From the NCBI GenBank assembly GCA_050251055.1, contig JBFWNL010000011.1:32001-96000 (forward strand): a stretch of 64,000 bases of DNA. The letters are read 5' to 3'. Under the pieces are notes generated by a model, which had not been told where the DNA came from, did not search any database, and saw only the letters and a program-made list of their open reading frames with translations. Position numbers and translations under genes: made by a program. Shown piece by piece: positions 57,827-64,000 of the stretch. Source of the stretch: Bacteriovoracia bacterium. GTDB taxonomy: Bacteria > Bdellovibrionota > UBA1018 > JBFWNL01. Positions within the stretch are counted from its first letter, which is position 1. Each line of letters starts with the position of its first letter.

Positions 57827-59821
57827 TCACTCACCGTTAATGGGATATGCATGCATAGTGACGCCGCTGACGGCGCCGTCGTGAAAGACGCAGCTTCGCG
57901 TCGTATAGTCTCCGCTGCCCTGGTAGGCGCCAAAGTTAGGCGTGTAGAAACAAGTTTCGTCCGATTCACACAGCCCGTTGTCGTTACCACCCGAGCCAAT
58001 CACTTCCAAAGCGTGCCGCAGATGGGTCTGCCCGAGAGAATTCACCTGGGTCACGTTCCCGTCCACGGCCGCCGGACAGGCGGCGCCATTCACGAAGGGA
58101 TCATTCAAGGTCGAGCCGTGCTCGACGTAACCCAAAAACTGATCATCCGCCGCGGAGAGACGGAAATCCCAGATACGGCAGGTGCCGGATACGCAACGAT
58201 TCCGGTTGTTCACCGCCGGGAAAGCACCGCCATCCAAGCCCCAAAGCCGGAATGGGTTCTCGAAGCGCGACCAATCCACGATCGAAGTGAAAGCCGAAAG
58301 ACCGGCCGTATTGTTGGTGTTCACGGTATCCGTGGTCGTCACCTTGCCTTTGAAGCTATTGGCGGCCGTCTTGCCCGTAACGAGCGCCGCATCCGAAGTG
58401 CCTTGATTACCGCAGGTCGTGTTGACTAACCCCGGATTCGTGCCGCCGACGACACTACAGTCGACGCCATTGCCGCCCAAGAGTATTTTTTTCGTGAACG
58501 TACTGTTATCCAAATTCTCCGCATAGATCCCGGTGGCGTTGTTCACGGCTGCCACGTCCGCGGTAGTTGTAGAATACGAATTCGTAGCAAAAAACCCGTG
58601 CGAAAGTCCAACCGCGTTGTTCGCCAAAAGCAAATTGGAAAAAAGTTGATGGTGGCTGATCTGAGCGGTGCTTAACCCAATATCCGAGTTGACCGCCGTT
58701 GCGTGCGAAATCGTATTATACGAAGAACCGTCGGACCAGGTCAGCGCGCCCACCCCGGCGGAACCAAGAACTTGTGAATAGTAGCTGCGAAAACTGACCG
58801 AATTCCAAAAGCCCTGAATTTCGGTGTTGCTGACGCGGATGCCGCGAAAGACGTTGTATTCGGAAAAGTTAGCAATGACCATCGCCCACTTTCCGTTAAA
58901 GACATTAACTCCTTCAAACAGGTTGCCAGTAATCCCGTCGCCGTAAAACGCGTTATTCAAGCCACCCTCCGCGCCTAGGTTCTTAAAGCGCGAAAACTTC
59001 ACGGCGTTTATCTCGACGACTGTACTGATGTTGCCACCGCTGGTCGGCGTCCCCATGTAGTTGCCTTCCACCCATATGAATTTGCGGTTAGTGGCGCTGA
59101 GCAGGCGCGTGCCGTTGCTGCCGGAATACCGAACCAGGGCGCCCTCCAGCGGCACAATCGCCACGCGGTCGGCTCCGATCACCAGGCCATCGGAGATCAG
59201 GTAGGTGTAGGGCTGGACATAATACACCGTACCGGCCGCAGACAACGTCTGCACTCCGGTACCGTTGTTCTCGATGATTTCCGAAATCGGGTTCGACCAC
59301 CAAGCCGCCGCAGTCGTCTCCGCGACCGGGCAGCCGGAGCGCTGGATCTTCACTGAATTCGGCTGCCACACAAACACGCCGGCGACCTTGCTGATCAGAT
59401 GTTTCAATGAAACTTCGGGTTTCAAGCCGGTGCTGATGAAACGCGCGGTCCCGCCGGACACCTCGCACTTCCATTGAAAATGTCCCAGCGTCTCGGAAAG
59501 CGAAAGACCGTCGCAGCTCGTGTAGCCCGGTAACGAGACCTGCTTCCATTCCCCGCCGTTACGGCAAGCAGAATGAATCCCCGTCTCGGTGCCATCACAA
59601 AGCGTGGCCGGGCTTGCGGTACGGACGTAGGTGTTCCAATTCGGGGCGGCGGAAAAATAGGGCTCGACGCTCGTGCTGACCGTCGCCACGCCCGCGCAAG
59701 GCTCGACGATCGCAACTTCCGCGCTCCGCACGCCGACTTCGGCCAAAAGACAACCGGACAAGCCCACGGCAAGCGCGACCAAAGCCAGCTGACTGAGAAA
59801 GTTTTTAAAACTCGTGCTCAT
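57827..59821 (-). CDS. Surface lipoprotein with right-handed beta-helix and Cys-rich ends
   Basis: Lipobox LSGC, Asn/Gly-rich beta-helix repeats, C-terminal GNDNGLCES.ETC.YTPN.GAYQG. Confidence 0.75.
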   Translation of the reverse strand: MSTSFKNFLSQLALVALAVGLSGCLLAEVGVRSAEVAIVEPCAGVATVSTSVEPYFSAAPNWNTYVRTASPATLCDGTETGIHSACRNGGEWKQVSLPGYTSCDGLSLSETLGHFQWKCEVSGGTARFISTGLKPEVSLKHLISKVAGVFVWQPNSVKIQRSGCPVAETTAAAWWSNPISEIIENNGTGVQTLSAAGTVYYVQPYTYLISDGLVIGADRVAIVPLEGALVRYSGSNGTRLLSATNRKFIWVEGNYMGTPTSGGNISTVVEINAVKFSRFKNLGAEGGLNNAFYGDGITGNLFEGVNVFNGKWAMVIANFSEYNVFRGIRVSNTEIQGFWNSVSFRSYYSQVLGSAGVGALTWSDGSSYNTISHATAVNSDIGLSTAQISHHQLFSNLLLANNAVGLSHGFFATNSYSTTTADVAAVNNATGIYAENLDNSTFTKKILLGGNGVDCSVVGGTNPGLVNTTCGNQGTSDAALVTGKTAANSFKGKVTTTDTVNTNNTAGLSAFTSIVDWSRFENPFRLWGLDGGAFPAVNNRNRCVSGTCRIWDFRLSAADDQFLGYVEHGSTLNDPFVNGAACPAAVDGNVTQVNSLGQTHLRHALEVIGSGGNDNGLCESDETCFYTPNFGAYQGSGDYTTRSCVFHDGAVSGVTMHAYPINGE

Positions 59822-59847
59822 AACGTACTACTAGGAGTTCACTTTCT

Positions 59848-59877
59848 ATTTTACCCCAAAAAGACGCGAAGCATCAA
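59848..59877 (-). promoter_or_regulatory. Sigma70-type promoter for the beta-helix lipoprotein
   Basis: TTGATG-N18-TAAAAT on the minus strand. Confidence 0.45.
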
Positions 59878-59892
59878 GTAGATACTTTTTTG

Positions 59893-59908
59893 TAACTTAT
59901 TGTTTTAA
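59893..59908. promoter_or_regulatory. IHF-like 16-bp motif TAACTTATTGTTTTAA
   Basis: One mismatch to the reverse complement of 12358-12373. Confidence 0.5.
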
Positions 59909-60954
59909 AAAGAATATCCAGCACTAATCGTGGTCGACTTCGCCTGAATTACCACTCCGGAAACCGTTACCAACCGGAGGTCTGAAATGTCCAGCGCGAG
60001 CGACCACGAACGGCGGTCCTCCAGGGGCCAAACCCAAGCCCAGCCCACCGCGATCTCCCGCTTTTCAAACGAGATGTCGAAGAACCCCGACCCCAGCGGA
60101 ACGTACTTCAAATACATGACCGCCGCCTGACGATTGCGGAACGTGTAACGGAGCGCGGGGTAAAGCTGGAAATTCAGGAGCCCCGTATAGCCAAAGGCGT
60201 TGTTCGTGACGAAGGTGGTGCTGTAAAAAATTCCGGTCGAGAAGGTCAGGCGCCAGGGCGAGCGCACGAAAGGAAAGACGTATCCTCCACGCACATTCGC
60301 GCCCAAAATTGAAATCGCGTTTCCCGCCACGCTGGAGCCGAGCGGAACGAAATTGAAATAGACATTGGCCCCGATATCCCAGCGCGGGGGGCCGATGAGG
60401 TAAGAGAACGAAGCCTTGAACGCGAGCGACGTCAGCGAGAACGGGGTGACGCCGGTTTGCTCGTAGCTCAAGAAGTTGAACCCGAGCGAGGGCGTAAAAT
60501 GCGTAAATTTCGGCGGTTGCTTACCAAGCGTTCGACGATAGACGTCGACATCCTTGACGTAAAGATAAACTCGCTCGATCGCGACCTGGCCCTGGGGCCC
60601 GACGAGGGTGAAATCCACGTCATTTACTTCCTCGGTCACTTCAAATTCAAAAGCGAAGGCCTGATTCCTTCGGGTGGAAGCGCCAGCCTTCTTAGCGCCG
60701 TCCCAAACGAGAGCCCAAAGGGGATCCGTGAACTTACCTTCCAGCTTCACGTAAGCGGACATCTTTCCCGGAGGAGTTGAAGCGGGATTTTTACGGAAGA
60801 TCAGGGGAAAGCTTGCAGCCTTCCATTCAATCCAGACCGGCGGGATATCCGGATCGTAGCGCTTGAGCTCAAGCATGGCCTCAGCCGCGCGCGCGGGCCG
60901 GACGGCGAACACCTCGAGCGCCATCGCCGCGAAAAACACGGTAAACTTAATCAA
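59905..60954 (-). CDS. Exported protein with C-terminal outer-membrane beta-barrel
   Basis: Signal peptide, beta-sandwich-like N-domain, amphipathic strands, terminal AGYSF. Confidence 0.65.
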   Translation of the reverse strand: MIKFTVFFAAMALEVFAVRPARAAEAMLELKRYDPDIPPVWIEWKAASFPLIFRKNPASTPPGKMSAYVKLEGKFTDPLWALVWDGAKKAGASTRRNQAFAFEFEVTEEVNDVDFTLVGPQGQVAIERVYLYVKDVDVYRRTLGKQPPKFTHFTPSLGFNFLSYEQTGVTPFSLTSLAFKASFSYLIGPPRWDIGANVYFNFVPLGSSVAGNAISILGANVRGGYVFPFVRSPWRLTFSTGIFYSTTFVTNNAFGYTGLLNFQLYPALRYTFRNRQAAVMYLKYVPLGSGFFDISFEKREIAVGWAWVWPLEDRRSWSLALDISDLRLVTVSGVVIQAKSTTISAGYSF

Positions 60955-61016
60955 ACCCGAACTCCGCCCATTCCTCTCATTGTAGCATCAGGGAATCGAT
61001 GGAGTGAATGTACGAA

Positions 61017-61406
61017 TTACGGAGAGGTTGGCTCGAGCTTCAAAAAGCCGAGCTTCTGAGCGGCCGCGAAATCTTTTTGGGGAATGCGGTACGCATTGAA
61101 GGACCCCGTAGTCGCCCCGCACATTTGAATCATGGGCTGGCCGTCATCACCCTTCTTCGCTTCGAGCACGGTGACCTTGGCGCCCTGCAGCTCCCGCTGA
61201 GCCTGCTCGATCGTCTTGCCCGCCCCCATGCCGCAGCTTTGGGTACCGTCTTTTTGGTAAATCCAAACCGAATCACCGGCCGCCGCCGCGGCTTTTTCCG
61301 GTTGCGTATTCGGCTTAGAAGAGCTCAATCCTAAGAGCGCCCCGGATCCCAGAATCAAGACCATCCCCGCCATTGCCGAACCCATCTTTCGTTTCATGCG
61401 CGGCAT
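61017..61406 (-). CDS. Small exported protein with one Cys pair
   Basis: Hydrophobic N-terminus; DGTQSCG and IQMCGATTG; start at 61406 or 61397. Confidence 0.65.
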   Translation of the reverse strand: MPRMKRKMGSAMAGMVLILGSGALLGLSSSKPNTQPEKAAAAAGDSVWIYQKDGTQSCGMGAGKTIEQAQRELQGAKVTVLEAKKGDDGQPMIQMCGATTGSFNAYRIPQKDFAAAQKLGFLKLEPTSP

Positions 61407-61425
61407 GCTATCATAGGACCCCACG

Positions 61426-62052
61426 ATGTCGCGCAGCGGAAAAAAAGCCGAAAAACAGCCCTGGATTCGCGAGGGCACCGAGGAAATGCTCGTCGACTCG
61501 CCCGTGGTCAAAGTCGTTCGGCAGCTTTACCGACGCCAAGATCACCCGGAACCGCGAACGCACCGCTTTTACAAACTGATTTCTCCCGACTGGTGCAACG
61601 TCATTCCCATCACCGAAAGCGGCGCCGTAGTCTTCGTCCGACAGTTTCGCGTAGGTCCCGATCAGATGACGCTCGAGTTACCGGGCGGCATCATCGATGC
61701 CACGGATGCCGATATCTCGGCCGCCGCCTTACGGGAGATGACCGAAGAGACGGGCTTCACTGCCGGCCCCGACGCCCAGCTCACCTCACTGGGCTGGACC
61801 CACCCCAACCCAGCCATGCAGGGGAACCGCTGCTTCAGCTTCGTGATCGGCCCCGTTCGCCAAACGCACCCACAAAAACTCGACCCCGGCGAGGACATTG
61901 AAGTGGTCGAAGTGCCCATCTCTGAAATCCCGGAGCGCTTGAGGAACGGTGAAATCTCCCACGCCCTGATGCAGACCGCATTTTTTCGCTTGGCCTTACA
62001 CGCCGGCCGCGATCTGGAGAGTTCCCTCCGCGAATACACGTGTCCACGCTAA
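61426..62052 (+). CDS. NUDIX hydrolase (ADP-ribose pyrophosphatase-like)
   Basis: ELPGGIID..AALREMTEETG Nudix box; VRQFR and LDPGEDIEV. Confidence 0.9.
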   Translation: MSRSGKKAEKQPWIREGTEEMLVDSPVVKVVRQLYRRQDHPEPRTHRFYKLISPDWCNVIPITESGAVVFVRQFRVGPDQMTLELPGGIIDATDADISAAALREMTEETGFTAGPDAQLTSLGWTHPNPAMQGNRCFSFVIGPVRQTHPQKLDPGEDIEVVEVPISEIPERLRNGEISHALMQTAFFRLALHAGRDLESSLREYTCPR

Positions 62053-62552
62053 GCGTCCGGCGTGTGTTCCGCGGATAAGAAAAGCAGAAAGCGCGCATCG
62101 AAGCGGCCTCCCGAATGCTTCCCACAGCAGTCCGCGCAAGCGAGCGCCCGCAGTCGCTTGCGTACCTGAAATTCCTTACGGCAGGCTGGACAAGTGTACG
62201 TGTATTTCATCGGTCGCCGCCGCGGGACCGGGTTGTAACGACTCACGCCCATCTCGACCATCTTGCGGCGAAACTGTGCCGTATGCCCGTAAGGCTTGCG
62301 GCTCAGCCACAGCCAATAGTGAATCATTTCGTGACCAAGCGTATCCCGGATGAGCCTTTCCGCTTCCGCCTCTTCGCGTAAATACAAGGCGATCTCAATA
62401 GCTGGCGCGCGTCGCCACCACAGCGTCCGATGGCCCGGCACGAACCGACCGGCGGCGATCCGCAGCCGGGAGTTCCAAACCAACTTCGGCGGCGGGAGGG
62501 TCCCCCCGAAATGCTGGCGATTCAAGGCGTTGAATTCGGACAAAAGGTCCAT
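62049..62552 (-). CDS. SprT-like zinc metalloprotease with zinc ribbon
   Basis: LNRQHFGG.L, RL..AGRF, TLGHEMIH, GH..F, CPAC...CADC. Confidence 0.88.
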   Translation of the reverse strand: MDLLSEFNALNRQHFGGTLPPPKLVWNSRLRIAAGRFVPGHRTLWWRRAPAIEIALYLREEAEAERLIRDTLGHEMIHYWLWLSRKPYGHTAQFRRKMVEMGVSRYNPVPRRRPMKYTYTCPACRKEFQVRKRLRALACADCCGKHSGGRFDARFLLFLSAEHTPDA

Positions 62553-62766
62553 CGATGCCCTACATACCAATTCGAAGCGTAGATTACTGCTCTTTGTAAG
62601 AATTACCTGATTTATTTTATAATCTATATCCTAGCCGTGCTTGGGGGGTGAAATAATTTTTAGCAATTCCAATAAGTTCGCCTTGCGTCAATCCACTTAA
62701 AAGCGGTATACGCGTTGCAGTATGGGGCCCGGATAGTTGGTTTCTGAGGCTACGTTAGGAGGTACA

Positions 62767-64000
62767 TTGCAGTCACTGCGAAGAGCGGCGGCCTGGGGGC
62801 TGCTGTTTTCGTATTCTATTTCATCTGCCCACGCGGCGCCGGCGGACCTGCTTCGTCTGGTCACGGGCCCGGTGGGCCGTTACGTTTTCCAGGAAACGGA
62901 AGCGGGCGCCGAACTCGCACGCCGCCTGCTCGGTCGGCAGCTCACGTCCCAGGCAGAAGATCTCACTTACCTTGCGCAAAAAATCAGCGCGGAAGAAAAA
63001 CTCGCGCCGATCGCTTCCGCCCTGGAGCGACGCTTGATCAGCATGGAAAACGAATTGAAGCTGGGTCGCGCCGCCGGCGTGTCCCGAGAAGCGGGGGTAA
63101 CGAGCCTGGAAGATGCGCTCGCGGCGAACCCTGCTCTGCGCTTGGAAGAAAAGCTGTTCCTGCAGGCGCGGGCGCTGGCGCCGGCTGTCCAGGAAGGTCT
63201 CGCCGATCTTGCTCACGCGTTGCCGGCGGAATACCAAACCCTCGGCACGCGCACCGCCCGGACCTATCGTGGAGTAGTACAAGGCGTGAAAACGCACTGG
63301 CCCCGGTTTGCGGACCGTGCCGAATCGCTGCCGGTGCAACTACGCAACGGGCTGCTCATCTCGCCAAAGGCGGCCGAGGCGAACCTTTTGAAGAAGTTTA
63401 CACGCGCTGAATTGGATGACGCCGTCACGTACCTCATGGGCAAGTACGGCATTTCCGAAGGCGAGCTGCTTCAGCGGCTGGGCAACCATCACATCAACGT
63501 CGAGGAAGTTCTGACCCGTTTTCAGCAGGGCGGCCGCCTCAATCCAGCCGGCACCGTCTTCGAGCGTATCTACGAAACCTTGGCCTGGGGACTGGTCGAT
63601 CGTCAGCTGAACCACCCCGAGTATCTCAAGAAGCTCGGCCTGCTCGTGGGCGCCGAGCTGCTCGTCACCGCGGTGGCCGAATACTACTTCCGCGGTGATA
63701 AGCTGGCCGAAGAATTTGATCTCTTCATTGGGGACGTCATCGGCTTCACCCTCACCGAGCTGATCTTAGGCTGGACGACGGCCGGGAGAGTGACGAACGA
63801 ACTCTCCCGCCGCGGCGGCGTGCCGATGCCGGCGACCATCTGGTCCCGCGACTTCTCAGCCAAAGCCAAGAGCACGATGTTCCTGAAAAAAGGCATTACC
63901 GTGGGCGCCGGCGGGTTCGCCACCTGTTTCGCTGGTTTCGCAGCCTCCGAGGCGCTCAACTACTGGGACGAGCTGGACGATCCGAACTCCGCGTCCGTGT
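62767..64000 (+). CDS. Signal-peptide membrane protein with RETICULATA/DUF3411-like domain (3'-truncated, absent from ORF track)
   Basis: AGGAGGT RBS then TTG; frame open to the window end (about 411 codons): MQSLRRAAAWGLLFSYSISSAHA...GLVDRQLNHPEYLKKL...AEYYFRGDKLAEEFDLFIGDVI...FLKKGITVGAGGFATCFAGFAASEAL. Confidence 0.75.
   Translation, partial: MQSLRRAAAWGLLFSYSISSAHAAPADLLRLVTGPVGRYVFQETEAGAELARRLLGRQLTSQAEDLTYLAQKISAEEKLAPIASALERRLISMENELKLGRAAGVSREAGVTSLEDALAANPALRLEEKLFLQARALAPAVQEGLADLAHALPAEYQTLGTRTARTYRGVVQGVKTHWPRFADRAESLPVQLRNGLLISPKAAEANLLKKFTRAELDDAVTYLMGKYGISEGELLQRLGNHHINVEEVLTRFQQGGRLNPAGTVFERIYETLAWGLVDRQLNHPEYLKKLGLLVGAELLVTAVAEYYFRGDKLAEEFDLFIGDVIGFTLTELILGWTTAGRVTNELSRRGGVPMPATIWSRDFSAKAKSTMFLKKGITVGAGGFATCFAGFAASEALNYWDELDDPNSASV

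Noticed and set aside
61426-62552. NUDIX plus SprT as a defence or toxin module
   Set aside because: Convergent, common stand-alone genes with no defence-island or mobile context.
62821-63959. Short minus-strand ORFs in the track at the window end
   Set aside because: They are shadows of the long plus-strand ORF starting at 62767.
1-64000. tRNA, rRNA, CRISPR, transposase, integrase or prophage
   Set aside because: Intergenic gaps are short and showed no such structure, and no matching ORF was recognised.

Overview
GC-rich bacterial chromosomal window. Gene content points to Bdellovibrionota (Oligoflexia-like predator); this is an inference. In order it holds: three membrane-bound GT-C glycosyltransferases with a convergent NDP-sugar epimerase; sucA-sucB-lpdA; a receiver-TPR protein; an Agl-Glt-like (Myxococcus/Bdellovibrio gliding-type) envelope motor cluster split into two units with AT-rich promoters; ftsE-ftsX-envC-ctpA-xseA-M23-OMP; a tol operon without pal; a FadI-like thiolase; aat/clpA/clpS; an orphan CpaF ATPase facing two PilZ-like paralogues; pepF; a nucleoside-type ABC transporter running into YdbH/YdbL-like genes; a divergent XRE regulator and degenerate sigma54-type AAA+ protein; and several surface proteins. 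No rRNA, tRNA, CRISPR array, IS element or prophage was seen. The most striking item is an ORF missing from the ORF track (62767 to the window end), which encodes a signal-peptide protein whose C-terminal part closely resembles the plant plastid-envelope RETICULATA/DUF3411 family. Also notable: a 16-bp IHF-like motif shared upstream of surface-gene promoters, several leaderless-mRNA candidates, and many apparent pseudo-enzymes. All family calls come from motif recognition by eye; no database search was run.
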